This document shows positions 50,305 through 64,000 of a DNA stretch of 64,000 nucleotides, in pieces. The notes beneath the pieces were generated by a model. The model was given only the letters and a program-made list of their open reading frames with translations. It did no database searches and was not told the DNA's origin. Made by a program: the position numbers and the translations under genes. The stretch spans positions 744,001 to 808,000 of the forward strand of contig JBLDXI010000016.1 in NCBI GenBank assembly GCA_047495785.1. Reading direction: 5' to 3'. The stretch's first letter is position 1, and each line of letters opens with the position of its first letter. Source of the DNA: Lepidodermella squamata (lineage: Eukaryota; Animalia; Gastrotricha).

Positions 50305-50471
50305 CGAAATTCAACTTATAACTATAGAACAGGCATATAATCACATACTAAAAGGTCACTTTTATTCTGCTTTCAAAATACATAAAACCAAAAGTTGGCA
50401 CAAGTCAAAATTAAACCGATATTCGAGTGTCTGAGAATAAATAAAACGAGACGAGTTCTCAATGCCTGTCG

Positions 50472-53400
50472 TCAATTGAAGCTGTAGTTGTTCTCGGCAG
50501 TCGCTAGCCGGGTGTCCTTCGCGCTTTTGCCCTTCGCATTTAGCTCTTTCAGCGTTTTGCGCAGGTCCTCGAGTGAATTCGACCTATGCTTCTTCGGCAC
50601 TAGAATCTGCACCTTGCCGCCACCCGCAACCACTTTGCCGTTAGCTACAGTGCCGATGGCCGGCGTTGGACTCTCGGCCCGGCGTGACGAACCGCGCGTT
50701 CCGGCCTCAACGCGCATGCACTCGTCTTTGTGGCGAATATTCCAGCTGGTGAGCTTGCAGTTTTTCGAGCAGTAGTAAACCTCCTTGCAGCGCGTGCATG
50801 GCGTCAAACGCACACCGACACTTCGACCGCATTGATAGCAGTAGTGCAGCGAAACTTTCCTGAAGGAGAAACAAATCAGCTCAGTAAATACTTCGAATTC
50901 GATTCAAAATCGATTCAAAGAGTGGTCAATATCGCAAACTGAAAAATGGGTCTTATCATTGAGGTTAACAAAAAATATTGCTTATGAAAAGATTTCCATC
51001 GTGATTTCTAGCGAAATCTTAAAACTTCTAATTGGGATATAGTGAAATCATTACCAAATTATTGAATTCCGTACCAAATTATTCCAAACAGTTCCAAATC
51101 CCCAAGTTGAACTTCAACCCTAACCTAACCCTAACCTAACCCCAACCTAACCCTAACCCTAACCCTAACCCTAACCCTAACCAGTTAAAAACCAATAAAA
51201 TGGTTAGGTATTGAATTAAATGAAATTTGGTACCGGCGTAAGATTTTCCCCTTCTTATTTAGCCACATTTGGAGATCAATTCCCAGCTGTTAACTGAAAA
51301 TGACGCTTTCAGAAGGGATTGAACCCCTAAAACCTGAAACAAAACGTATTGACAGCAATTGATGGGTAACTCGGGGAAAAATCATGAACGGGTCTAGGAT
51401 TCAACTCACTTTTTTCTATGATATCATATCACACATTGAAAGTCATATTTTTCATGTCAATTTTAGTAATCCTACCTGATTGGCAGCGGGCTCTTCTTCC
51501 ATTCGCGTTTCGTCGCATGCGCTTCCGCCCCACCGCCGACGTGAACAAAATCCGCCGACGGGCTGCGGCTACGTTGGCCTCGGTTACGCGCCCGTTCCAA
51601 CTTGCGAACAGCCTCGCGCAGCAAATCACCGCAGTGGTTCAGCAAATCTTTACGCGCCGTATGCGTCTCACGCTCCTGTGCCGACAACGCGTGGAACGGC
51701 GTGTGAGCGATGCGTCTGTCTTGGTTGTACATGTGATACGCGAAATCGACGAAGGTGCCTGTGTGGCGCTTCGGGCCAACGAGAACTGGCGCCAAGGCGT
51801 CAGCGCCGGCTGCTATCAATTTGTCAAGCTGTTGGAAAACAGTTCAACACAAAGTTATGACTGTTACTTCACACTTGGGAAAATACCGAATTTTTTCTAA
51901 TTTTTCCAATTGTTCACGGGATAACAAAGGTGCTGGCGCAAAAAACCCGATTTCGACAGCGCATAAAAAAAACATTGGCATTTACTGCGCGAGGGAGTTT
52001 TAATAAAAACTCAAATTTTTGAAGCGCGCTTTTTATGAAACTAGAAATTTCTGAAGCACCTTTCCTCCACAGCCCTGATGAATATCAACCTATTTTTTAT
52101 ACCGATCGACTCCTCGTTAACCCCTTTCACGGCGGAATTTATTTTCAGCCAAGCAAAAAAATCGAATTTTCAGATTTCTAGCAAATTAAGGAAGGAATCG
52201 GAAAATCGGCAACCACATGCTATTCTAAGGCCTAATGCGCTCCCATCAGTTACTGATTTCATTGAAATTTTCAATCCCGCTATTTTTTCAAATATAGATT
52301 CATCCGGATGAATTCATAGAAATCGTCAGCCAGGCTATTGTGCTGTCAGTTTTTCATGGATTTTCGAAAAAACAAAATGGGTAGTCAATTAGACCCTGCC
52401 GGACACGCCTGTGAAGTCAGATAGACCAGGAAAAATACCCAATACATCGTTTTCCTAGATTGAAAAAAATAAGAAAAACGTGCATCGGTTTGAAATTGAA
52501 ATTGAAATTGTTCGTATTCCAAGAGGGGAAGAGATAACTAAATTTAACTTTCGGATTCTTGTAGATAACATCCGAAAGTAGTATTTTGCCAATTTTGATG
52601 GGAATATTCGTTAAATTGTAATTTTAACTAGGGTTCTCCTTTTACCGAAACCAAATATACAGTGAGTGGAACCGAATTCACCTTAGCGGAACCAAATTTT
52701 CGAATTTCCAGTGGCCTAAAATCACTTTTCAGATTTTTCGCGGGTCAAGATCGATTACGATAATTCTAAAAGAAATCACCGATAAATTCAGCGCAACATT
52801 CTCTATAAGACACAGTGCTTAATTCAGAAGTCATGCTTCGCCATAATTTACTCAAAAAAATGACTCATGGCATATTTCGAATTTGGTTCCGCTCACTGTA
52901 AATTTGGTTCCGGTAAAAGATATTCCGTTTTACTCACCAATTTGATGCGATCAGCAGGCGATCGACGTTTCTCCCAATCCGGATTCGTCGCAACACACAG
53001 CGCCGATCCGTTGCCATGCGTCAACTGCAGGCTCGCATTGCAGCCAAACGACAGCAATAAATCAACAGCCTGGTCGTTGCCGCTGACAATAGCCAACGAC
53101 AACGGCGAATGGCCCTGGCAAATCACATCAGGATCCGCCTTGTGTTCAAGCAACAATTTAACAATATGAGCCGCTACTAGGTAATCGTCATCCCTAGCAC
53201 ACGCTATGTGAAGCGGGGTGGGCCCACCGCATTTCGGCTGAAGGCTGACTGGCACAGGGTCATGCTCCCACTCCTCGCGTACGAGTTCGATCAGCGGCGA
53301 TTTTTCAATCCCAGTCATTTTAGCCAGCATTGCGTTAGATAGGAAGTACTCGTTTAGCGTCGCGCGCGAGTTGGCATCTGCCAGCGCGTTTAATAGGTAC

Positions 53401-56400
53401 GTTGTGATTTCGACGGCTTCCACCCCAGGCAGGCCGGCTGCGATGTGTAGCGATGCGATGCGGCCGTTGTTTTGAACGGCGACTTGCGCGTTCGGGTTCG
53501 CTTTCACGAGCAGCAGGCGTTTCACCATTTCAACGTCGGAAGATCGAACGGCGAATAGCAGGCACGGCATTGGGTTGAGCCCGGCGTTGACATTGGCGCC
53601 GCGCCTTAACAGCAAATCGATCACGTAACCGATTTGACGATGCCTGGATGGGAAAAATAAGGAAATAAATTAATATAAATTCGCGGAAAATTTAAGTGAG
53701 AAAAGTTTGGATGAAATTAATTCAACTGTACAGTTCATGCAGTTTTTTATTTTCTCCAAGATCCACAATGAATCATAAGATTCCCGCAAAAATGGATTTT
53801 TCGTGTTTCAAATTTTTAAAATTTTTCCAAGAATTTCAAGAATTTAACAATGTTTTTATTTTTAAATTTTTGATCCATTCATTTAATTAATCGAGTAACA
53901 ATTTTAAAATGGTGGATGATATTACAAGTTTTTCTTATCGTCCTATTTCAATGTCGCGATTCGGCATTTTCGAATAAAGCAACACATATCAATGATTTCG
54001 ACAATTGGGACTACTCCAAAACAGCCAAGACAAAACGAAAGAGACCAAAACAGCCAAAAAAATCCGATTGTTCTCGTTGCGCAACAATCGAAAAGTTTGG
54101 CTGTTATGGTAGCTTTTATTTTGGTGTCATTTGTTTTGGAGTAGTCCCCGACAATTTAAACCTGGAAGAATTGGAAGGATTGAGAGCGATTCAACCCATT
54201 CTACCCTAATACCTTAGAATTTCACATAAAAAATGCCTACAATTTCGTAAATCTAGTCACTCGGGCGTCGATCAGGGTTGGAAAGATGATGTTACATGGC
54301 TATTGTTCAATCTTGGGAATAATAATGGATGCTAATAGGTCTCTGATTACATGCTCTTTTGAAACAAAACAACATAGATCGATTCAAAGGATTCATAATT
54401 CGATTCATTCACGATTCATAGGAAAATTTGAGGTGAAATTTATTCATGCAAAAAAATTACGATGAGACAAGGGCATGCATGTGACCGATTTTCATCGATT
54501 TCTCACTTGTCAGTAACTTCTTCGATGCATTTCTGTATGTAACTTCAAAATTGACCATAAAATGTCGTAAAAACTAGAAATTCTATTAAATTTCAATCAA
54601 ACTCACTGAGCAATTTCAATAGCTCGACCCCGCACTGCGTCTTCCTTGGAATTTGAATCCTTCGAAGGAATCGTTCGTTGCCTTGTTATGAACTCATTCT
54701 CACTCAACAGAGTCGCAGCCCTCTCCAAAACCTTAGGCGGCATCGGTTCAACTGGTAAATTAGCGATGGATTGCTGTGAGTCTATATTTTCCATAGTCGT
54801 TGGTTCGAAAGACGGTGTTTGCGGCGGCGAGTCGAACGTGTGATTTTTCGGCTCCTTCGGTACAGCTTGTTCTTCTTCCTTCTTTTTCCCGCCGGTTTTA
54901 CCCGCCGGTACATCTCTTCTCGTCGATTTTGACTGTTTCGAGGCTGTTCGAAGAGGAGTGGCCGAGTCTTTACCCCTCGACTCGTTGGAGTCATTTAATG
55001 GCTTCGTTGGAGATGGAGATCGTTGCTTTTTCGGTGAGGGTGATCGGTTCTTCTTCGGAGAATTCGACCTAGATCTGATTGGGCTGGTCGAATGTCCGCC
55101 TATCATCCTCGAGTCTTTTTTAGTTAGTTTCCGACTTGAATTATCGCTGCCTTGGCTCACAGCTTTCGGCGGAACCATTCCAGGCGGATTTTCGGCTAGA
55201 TTTTTCTTGAATTTTGTCGCAGGGTAAAACAGCGTGAAACAGGCTAACAGCGGCGTAACGCAATCGTCGTTGACAATATTCGAATTACACCCGTTATTAA
55301 GCAGGACGTCAACCATGTCAATATGACCGCCAACTGCCGCATTGATTAAAGCCCCATTTCCTCGCAAATCACAAACGTCTGGATGAAGGGGTAACGCCCC
55401 GCTGTCTAGGAATAGGTCTAAAACAGTATTCACTTCGCCATCTGAGGCAGCTTTGATATATTTCGACGACAATTGCTCGCATAATCCAGGTTGAGTTTCC
55501 ACCCCGGCGATAATTGTTCGATCCAATCCGCTAAAAATGCCATTTGGGTTAAAGGACAGCAGTCCTTCGCGGCCTTGGAAATGATGAGCCAACCGGATCA
55601 TTGCTACAAAAACTTCGGTCGTGTTCTGCGGGGTTATCCATGAATCAGTCCCCCGAGATGAAATTTTAGAGTAGATCTCCTCGCCGCCGTAAAAGGCAGT
55701 GTCAAAACGCGCTCGATCAAACGCTAAGCTTTTATCGGCAACAGAATGGTCCATATATACGCGAGGTATCACTTTGTTGATATCGACGGCACCTCGGTAA
55801 GTCTGCATTGACTGCAAGACAGGTCTAATAGCGGCAAGCTGGTCGATCAGATCATCTGATAAACAAATTTGAGGAGCTTCCAGCCAGCCATTTTCACTTG
55901 CGCATAAATGCTACAATTTTGTTACATTAATTTAATTTAAGGTTAAATGAATGAATGAAGACAAACTTTGAAATCTTTCAATGAAAAGAGACATGGAATT
56001 TCGTAGCACAACCGAAATAAAGCTGGGCCCAGCCATAGTCCGATATCAGCAGTAACCGGATCGGTATTTTGAAAGCAAATGCCCGGGCCGAATCGTTCGT
56101 TCTCCCTCATCATTCCCTGGAAATGAAGAGAAAAACTAGGACCAATTTAGACGTAACAAACAAACAAACCTCATATCTATCCCCGTTACCATAGCTGAAG
56201 ATGCCATACCCATGCAGCTTGTTGCGGTAAAACGATCCGGTATATATTTTCTCCTCTTTCGTCCAAATGTAAGATCCTATTCCATGACAAGAATCTCGAA
56301 AGAACTGACCTCGATACATCTAAAAGAAAAATGAAGCAACATTTAGCCACGACGGAATGACCTTATTTGAAAAGCTACCTCGCCATTCGGATGACGTAGT

Positions 56401-56701
56401 TCGCCGTCTCCATGCCGCATGTCTTCTTCGAAGGCACCTTCGTATACAGATCCGTCGCAATACGTGTATATTCCAGTGCCATGTCGTTTGTTGTCTTGGA
56501 ATTGCCCCTCGTAACGAGAACCATCAGGCCAGTAGATTGTACCCGAACCACTTCTCAATGGTCCATCAACTTCTCCCTGAAATTAGTCCTAAGATGGAGA
56601 AATAATTGTAACAGCTGTGCACTTACCTCAAATCTGACGCCTGATTTGTATTCGATAATCTTGGTCGGAGGTTTTTCGTCGGTCCCATCGTTTTCAAACA
56701 T
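50472..56701 (-). CDS. ANKMY1: MORN repeat - ankyrin repeat - MYND zinc-finger protein
   Basis: Exons about 56701-56627, 56576-56378, 56319-56169, 56116-55966, 55910-54607, 53644-52938, 51815-51476 and 50859-50472. MORN repeats (GSGTIYWPDGSRYEGQF), ankyrin repeats, and a C-terminal MYND CYQCGRSVGVRLTPCTRCKEVYYCSKNCK..W..HKDEC. Confidence 0.92.
51116..51182 (+). repeat. Interstitial telomere-like repeat (CCCTAA)n with CCTAA variants, in an ANKMY1 intron
   Basis: About 11 units read directly from the sequence, bracketed by the inverted 10-mer GTACCAAATT (51071-51080) / AATTTGGTAC (51224-51233). Confidence 0.9.
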
Positions 56702-57243
56702 GATTTAAGGGAAACTAAAGTACGGGTAAAGATGTCATGAGATAACGTGATGCTAATTGCAGGATGTCTCAGAAAACCAAGCAAGGCGAAAAAATTTAAA
56801 TCTTAAATGACGAAATTTATTTGTACGTGTGAGATCGTCCTTGCGATTCACTAGCCTTGAATAAGAACCGCATTGGGGACCCCCCCTCAGGAAGAGAAGA
56901 TATGCGGTTCTTCTGTCAGATCAGATTTATTCAACGCGTTGCCATAACAAAATGTTTGACCCTCGTTATTTAAACTTTGTTACAAAATCATAAAAAAATA
57001 AAAAATTGCAAATTTTAAAAAATGTAAATTTATCGTATCCATGGACACGAAAATGCTACTCTGGTGTAAACAACCTGATGATTCTGAATGGCGCTGCCTT
57101 TCTAACCGGCATTGCTCTTTACTTTGCGGTGCCTAGTTTTCGATCGATAACTCGGTCACGTTGATTAAGCATTCCGAATTCCAAATAATTTCTGCTCTGA
57201 TTTTTGTTTATAGTTTATTTGAGTTATAGAGGAATAGTTCAAA
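56702..57243. promoter_or_regulatory. Putative bidirectional ciliary promoter (RFX X-boxes plus forkhead site)
   Basis: 542 nt separate the divergent ATGs of ANKMY1 and the dynein. It contains GTTGCCATAACAA (56938-56950), GTATCCATGGACAC (57035-57048) and TGTAAACAA (57065-57073). Confidence 0.6.
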
Positions 57244-60200
57244 ATGGACGATTTCTCTGTAGCGGATCTGGAACTTAACGATGTGCGAATGGAATTCATC
57301 GCTGAATTCACCCTGGTAATTCATAGATACTTATTGTTTGTAATAATAGTGTTTAATGTTTTTTCTTTGCAGAAAACTTTGCGCTTGAAGCCTGACAAAT
57401 GGATGAAGCTTTATGGTCTCGATGAGAACAAGCTAGCAATGATAGATTTCTTTGAGAAAGGCGACAATCCCATTCTCATCTTATCACTAAACGCTGGCGG
57501 TCTGCTACAGTTGAATTTTGAGTGGCCGAAATCGCTCAAGAGCAAGGGTGCTTTTTTCATCAAGAAGAACCAAAGGGATGCCTATGGCAAAGACATGGCA
57601 ATAGCTACTCTGAAGCAAAACTTCGTCTATGGTGATATGTCTTATTCGCCAGTTGAACACCTAGCTGGCTTCGTTTCGGACGTTATCGGCGTATTGCTTT
57701 CGAACCCAAAGAATAGCGAAAACTGGCCACCAATTGTAGCAAAGGATGTTCGTCAGCATGCTGATAATTTGAAGAACAACGTCTATGTCATGTCAGGCCA
57801 TTGCAAAGGCAAAACTCTGCTTCCATTCCCGCCAAGGGCTGAACAAATTGATACTCATGACAAGTAAGGGTCTTATAAACTTGAGTCTGCTAATCTAACG
57901 TTTTTCTAACTCAGGGAGGATAGAAATCTCATTCATGCCATTGAGAGTGTTATTATCGAGTGGAGTAACCAGATTAGAAACGTATTGAAAGCTGATTCAT
58001 CTCAGCCACTGTTGGAAGGTCTAAATCCCTTGCCATACGTTGAAATCGAGTTCTGGAAAGCAAAAGCCACCAATCTTGAGTGCATTTACGATCAACTGAA
58101 CTCGACAAAATGCATCAAAATGATGCAACTACTCGAAAATGCTCAAAGCAGCTATCACCCTGCCTTTCTCCGCATTAAACAAGATGTGGTCAACGCCTTG
58201 AATGAAGCTCAAGAAATCAGCTTGTACATGCGCCCTGTCAAAGATCAAATCATGGATTTTGAGCAAACCGATTTCGATCAATGCACGAAGGCGATTCCAG
58301 CCCTCTACCACGCTATTACCTTGCTGTGGGCGCATTGTAACTACTATCAAGAACCGGCTAGGATCATCATCTTATTGCAAGAACTTTGCAATTTGATGAT
58401 CAACATGGCTCGTGGTTACTTTGAACCTACCGAGCTGCTGAAAGGCGAGTTGGAAGAAACAGTGATCAAGGTTAAAAGCGGCATAAAAGTCTTGAAACTC
58501 TTCCGCGATCAGTTCCAAATTCAACGCTCGAGAATGGACAAATATTTCGGCGAGGGAAGACCGGCCAAAGACTGGAAATTCGCTGATACTCTAGTTTTCG
58601 GTCGCTACGATCGTTTCGTTGCTAGAGTCCACGTCGCCTTGGAACTGCTCGAAACCGCCGTTGAATTCACCAAGCTGGAGAAGGTTGAAGTTGGCGGGTT
58701 CAAGGGCAAGTCATTGTCTCAAACCGTTGTGCAAATCAACACAGAATTTGCTGAAAAATACAAGATTTTAGCCGAGAAAAGCTTGGACTGCCTTGATCCT
58801 GATGACAAAGTTTTCAAGGCTGAGTACGATATACTGGCGAAGTACATCCATGAGTTAGATCTTCAACTCGCAGCTGTGATTTGCCAAGCTTTCGACGATT
58901 GCAACAGCTTGGAATCTCGTTTTAAACTAGTCGAATTATTCGGCACGATCCTCGAGCGTCGTAAAGTTATTCTTCGTGAATTCGACTCGCGTTATCCTCT
59001 GCTTGTAACTTCCATGGAGGATGAGTTGGATCGTGCTAAGATCATCTACGACGAGCAGCGTAAGAAAATGTTGCTGCATCGCGAGGGCAAGAGCGACAGA
59101 GCCCCTCTCCAGAAGAACATGCCTCAAATCGCTGGCACCCTAAAATGGGCCCAGGAATTGCGAGATCGCATCTCTGCGCCTATGAAATCGTTCGAATACG
59201 TCGAACATTCTTGCATGAAAAGCGACGAATGGGTTCGGACGATGAAGAAATACAACGAGCTGCTTCAATTATTGGACGAAATTGAACTCGAGGTGTTTAA
59301 AGAATGGGAAACTGGCGTTGGCGAGGCGTGTTCGTTCAATTTATCGCACCCGTTGATAGTTCGCAACCCCGTTAGTAACCTGATTGCACTCAATTTTGAC
59401 CCCGCCCTTATCGCTGTTCTGCGAGAAGTTCGTTACCTGAGGGCCTTCCGTGAGGATGATAAGTTGCCTCCGTCGGCACTGCAGTTATTTGAGCGTGAAG
59501 AAACGCTGTGGAAGTATCGCGTTAAGCTGGATAATACCGTGTTTCTGTACAATAAAGTGAGGACGACTGTTCTGGAGGTCGAATTCCCTCTGATTGAGGG
59601 CCAGTTGGCCGCCATCGATGAAGTCCTATCGACAGCGGAGAAATCACTCACCTGGAACGGCCAAAGTGAGTTGAATTTTTTCTTATTTCTCTAAGCTCAT
59701 TTTATTTTATGGATTTATCAATTTTCCATATACTGTGAACTCGAAACATATTTAATTTCCCTGGTTTTTTTCTATCAGGTGTTTGGGAGTATATTCAAGA
59801 TATTTCGGACAAAGTTGGCGATTTGGAGAAGCGCCTGCGAACTGCGAAGGACAATGTTGAGAAAATTCAGCAACTTATGTCGACATGGTCTAAAGAGCCG
59901 CTTATGCACCGCAAGGAAGGCCGCGGCGAGACTCTGCTCAATTTGGACGATCGTGAAGAACGGCTCAAGAAGCGCTACGAAGAAGTTCGCAACATTGGTG
60001 CCGACATTCATCGCAAGCTTGATGTAAGAATAACTTGAAATTCGAAGTCAGAATTTCGAAATTTAGATGAAAACTTCAAAGTGTTCAATTTTCAAAATTC
60101 AAATATTTCTCACGAACTTTAAAAACTTTGAAATTTTTGAATTTTGAAAATTTGAAGTTTGGAAAGGTTTTGAAATTCCAAAAATTTCAGGCATTTCGAT

Positions 60201-63200
60201 TTCGGAATATTATAAAATCAAATCACTGATATAATTGAAATTTTTTGAATAATTTTTAAAATTTCGATATATTTTTGAATTTTTTAAATTCAAATTTTTC
60301 AAATTTTCTTCAATATTTTTTCAGGAAAATGCTCAGCTTCTTGGCGCCGATGTTGAAAGCCAATTCTGGCGCGCCTACGTTGATTACGTCGACAAAATCG
60401 TTGTCGATGGCTTCTTCGAAACCGTTCAGTGCAGTCTGAAATTCCTGCTCGAAAATGCGGTAACCAGCGAAGGAACCGAGCCGCTGTTCCAATCGATCCT
60501 CGAACTTCAAGCCCCAGAAATGGTCTTCAAACCATCGATGGACCCAAATTCGCCCGACGGCTTCTTCGCCCTCGTCGATTCGCTGATTTCCGACGTGTAT
60601 AAACAAGCCAGTTTAATCCCGCGACTCGCGAAACATTCCGGAATTGAAAATTACCAACCCGATATGGAAAAAATGAAGGAATTATCCGACATGCGGCAGG
60701 AGTGTATGGACCGCGTGACGAATATCATGTCTAAAATTGGCGAGTATAAGAACGAATTCGATACATATGCGTATCTATGGGTCGATGATCGAACGCTGTG
60801 CTTGAAATATTTCCTGACCTACGGCCGCGTTTTAACGCCGGATGAGGTCGAAAAACTCGGCGATGAAGGCCTTCCCGAGTCTCGGCCGACTTTGAACCAA
60901 TTCAAGGAGCAGATTAATCACTATGAAGATCTTTACGTTGAGGTCGAAAAGCGCGATGGCGTTGTTGTTTTCGATAAGTGGTTCAAGGTCGATGCTAGGC
61001 CGTTCAGACAAGCGTTGTTGAACGTTATCAAGCGGTGGTCGTTGATGTTTAAACAGCATCTGATCGATTATGTTACGAACAGCTTGATTGATCTTGACAA
61101 ATTTATCAAGGTAAGATGAGAAACCATTCGATTTTCCTTCATTTTTCTAGAAATTTTGATCATAACATTTTTCAGCTGAATTCTTAATTTTTCGCCAATT
61201 TTTCTAAATTCATTAAAACAAAATTAATTTTCGGCCTAAATTTTTTATAGAAGAACAAATTTATTGCGGTTTCATTCGAAGGAAAATCATGAATACCGAA
61301 ATATTGAAATTTTTAAATTTTAAATTTTCAGGGATTGAAAATTTGAAAGTCCGGTTTGCTTTTTCACCTTTTACCGTATTTAAGCTGCCTGATTTTTCAA
61401 ATGAAATCTGGCTCTAAATGGGACGTTTAAATGTTCAAGGGGTTGTTAGCTTAATTCTGCGGAATTTTTTTTTATTTTGCTGAGTATTCCCTAAAATTCC
61501 CTAAAAGGACTTGAGGAGGTTCTTTGCTCAATTAGCATAGAACCCTTGGGAAACATATTTAATTTATTTTAGTTTGTTTAATGCCATTTTTCAGATTTTC
61601 AGATGCAATAGGGGGCTTCAGATATCTGTTTTTATTGAAATTTCGATCCAATGATAAAGTTTGAAATTTGAAATTTAAAAGATTTCTTCGAAATTACAAC
61701 AAGTAGATTTTTGGGTGGTTTCGCAATTTCGTGGCTAACTTGATTCTCATCTGTTTTATTCTATAAATTTCGAGAAATTTCCTTACCTATCCTGGTTGAA
61801 AATGTGTGAATATATTTTCAGGTCACCGATGCTGGTTTGTTGAAGCCGGTCGAAGAGGGCGACTTCAAAGCCCTCGTCGATGTCATGGGTCATTTGCTAG
61901 CCGTAAAAGACCGCCAGCAAGCCACTGACGAGCTATTCGAACCGCTTAAGCAGATGATCGACCTACTGAAACAATACAACCAAGATTTACCCGAAGAAAT
62001 CTACGTCCTGCTGCAAGAACTGCCCGAACAGTGGAATAACACGAAGAAGATTGCGATTACTGTCAAGCAACAAGTCGCGCCGCTTCAAGCCACTGAGGTT
62101 AACAATATCAGGCGTAAAACAGCTGAATTCGACGTTGCTCAGTACAACTTCCGCGAGCACTTTCGAACAATTGAATTTTTCCGTTACGACTGCAAAACTT
62201 ACTACCAAACGTTGGATAGGTACAATTTGACGATTCAAGCGATGGAGCGTGAAATGGCGACGCTCATCGACTCGGCTGGCCTATTTGAGGTTCAAGTTCC
62301 GGACTACAAGCAGTTGAAAAATTGTAGGAAGGAGTTGAAATTGCTCAAGACATTGTGGGATTACATTGGCATTGTTCACTCGTCGATTGAGGATTGGAAG
62401 TTGACGCCGTGGAAGAAAATCAACGTCGAGCAAATGGAGTATGTTAAAAATTCAAAATTTAATTTAAATTTCAACAGTGAATATTTTTCAAAAATTTAAA
62501 ATTTAATTTTTAATTTTTTTTACCTAAATGTTTAAATTTTAAAATTCTTTATTTTGAAAAATTTGAAAAATTACGTGTTTAAAAGTTCAATGAAAATTAG
62601 CATTTTTCCAAGAATTTTTTAATTTTTTATTGACCAAAATTATCGCTTTATGAAGGCTGAAACTGAACAAAATTTTGAGGGCAAAATTCTTTAATTTTTT
62701 TTTTCGAAATGTTTTAAACTGTTCAAATCTCTAAAAAATAAGTAATATTTAATTATTTCCAGGCAAGACTGTAAGAAATTTGCCAAGGACATTCGCGGCT
62801 TCGATAAGGAAATGAAGGCCTGGGATTGTTACAGCGGCGTGAATGCGACTGTCAACAACATGCTGACGTCGCTGAAGGCCGTCACCGACCTGCAGAATCC
62901 GGCCATTCGCGAGCGCCACTGGCAGCAGTTGATGCAGACAACGGGCGTCAAGTTCATGATGGACGACGATACTACGCTCGCTGATTTGCTATCGCTCAAT
63001 TTGTACAAGTACAACGATGAAGTTGCCAATATTGTCGAACGAGCAACTAAGGAAATGGGTATGTAAAAAACTTTCTATAGAAATTTCAATAAAATTTGAA
63101 ATTATTTTGAAAATTTGAAATCAATAAAATGTCATTCATTTTCAGGTTTTTTTATTTTAAATAAGTCCTTTATATTTTCAAAGATTTTTGAAAATTGAAA

Positions 63201-64000
63201 ATTTCAACTTTAGTTTCAATTTCAATATATTTTTAAAATTTGCTGATGATTTTTCCTAGGTATGGAGAAGGTATTGCGCGAGTTGAATTCGACTTGGGCA
63301 GCCATGGAATTCGATCATGTTAAGCACCCGCGTACCGGGGTCACCCAGTTGCAGAGCCCGGAGAACCTTACGGACACGTTGGACGAAAATCAAGTCCAAC
63401 TGCAGAACATGATGACGAGCAAATTTATTGCCTTCTTCGAAACTGAAGTCCTATCGTGGCAACGCAAGCTGTCCACCGCTGATCAGGTTTGTTTAATTTC
63501 GCCTCAAAAATTTGAGGAAAAATGAAATTTTTATAATTCGATTTTTTGCTTTTTGAAAAAATTTAAGAATTTATGAATATTGTAAAGAAAACTTCCATTA
63601 AATTTTTAATTCGATTTTTTATTTTTGAAAATTTTTGAAAATTTTCTTTCAAAATCGCTTTGAAATTGATGTTTTGTTGGTTTTGGCCAGGTAATTTCGA
63701 TTTGGTTCGAAGTCCAACGAACTTGGTCCAATCTCGAGTCGATTTTCATCGGCTCGGAGGACATCCGCAAACAACTGCCTGAGGACTCGGCCCGATTCGA
63801 CGGCATTGACCGCGACTTCAAGTCCCTCATCACCGAAGTCGAGTCGAGCAGAAACGTCCTGGAAGCAACTGGCAAGCCGAAACTCATCGAACGCCTGGAG
63901 GAGATTCAAAAACGGCTGGCTCTTTGCGAAAAGGCGTTGGCCGAGTACATGGAGACGAAACGACTCGCCTTCCCTCGATTCTACTTCGTATCAACGACGG
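57244..64000 (+). CDS. Axonemal outer-arm dynein heavy chain, beta type (DNAH9/11/17 family), 5' part; runs off the window
   Basis: Exons 57244-57315, 57373-57863, 57915-59665, 59779-60023, 60325-61110, 61822-62438, 62763-63058, 63260-63486 and 63691-end. Motifs [68 protein letters not shown] and [23 protein letters not shown] (DHC_N1/N2). Confidence 0.95.

Noticed and set aside
51116-51182. True telomere or chromosome fusion site
   Set aside because: Only about 67 bp, in one orientation, inside an intron of an intact gene.
57244-64000. Alternative genetic code or stop readthrough suggested by broken ORFs
   Set aside because: All breaks are explained by canonical GT-AG introns in the correct phase.

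Overview
Gene-dense DNA from a ciliated invertebrate animal. It uses the standard code, most introns are 40-80 nt, and longer AT-rich introns occur in the large genes. It is not prokaryotic, and an outer-arm axonemal dynein argues against a nematode. I assembled exons by hand from splice signals and reading phase, and assigned families by recalled motifs, not database searches. Left to right: a synaptopodin/myozenin-like gene (+); a compact 11-exon FNIP/Lst4-like gene (-) that the ORF track only fragments; SEH1 (-); GRB2 (+); a perfect 144-bp inverted repeat carrying Penelope-type minimal hammerhead ribozymes; an STMND1-like gene (+); an ~18.7-kb ankyrin gene (-) with microexons, candidate internal first exons and an intronic copia gag relic; two tandem divergent nuclear receptors (+); a secreted stefin-like gene (+); two tandem glycosyltransferase-like type II membrane genes (-); a DNA-transposon nest; ANKMY1 (-); and, head-to-head with it, the 5' part of a DNAH9/11/17-type dynein heavy chain (+). 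Best candidates for new biology: (i) a short ankyrin isoform whose ANK-repeat domain would be replaced by an N-myristoylation/palmitoylation anchor (MGLGCSK); (ii) an operon-like SEH1->FNIP pair of Rag-mTORC1 regulators 134 nt apart; (iii) the hammerhead-bearing foldback element.
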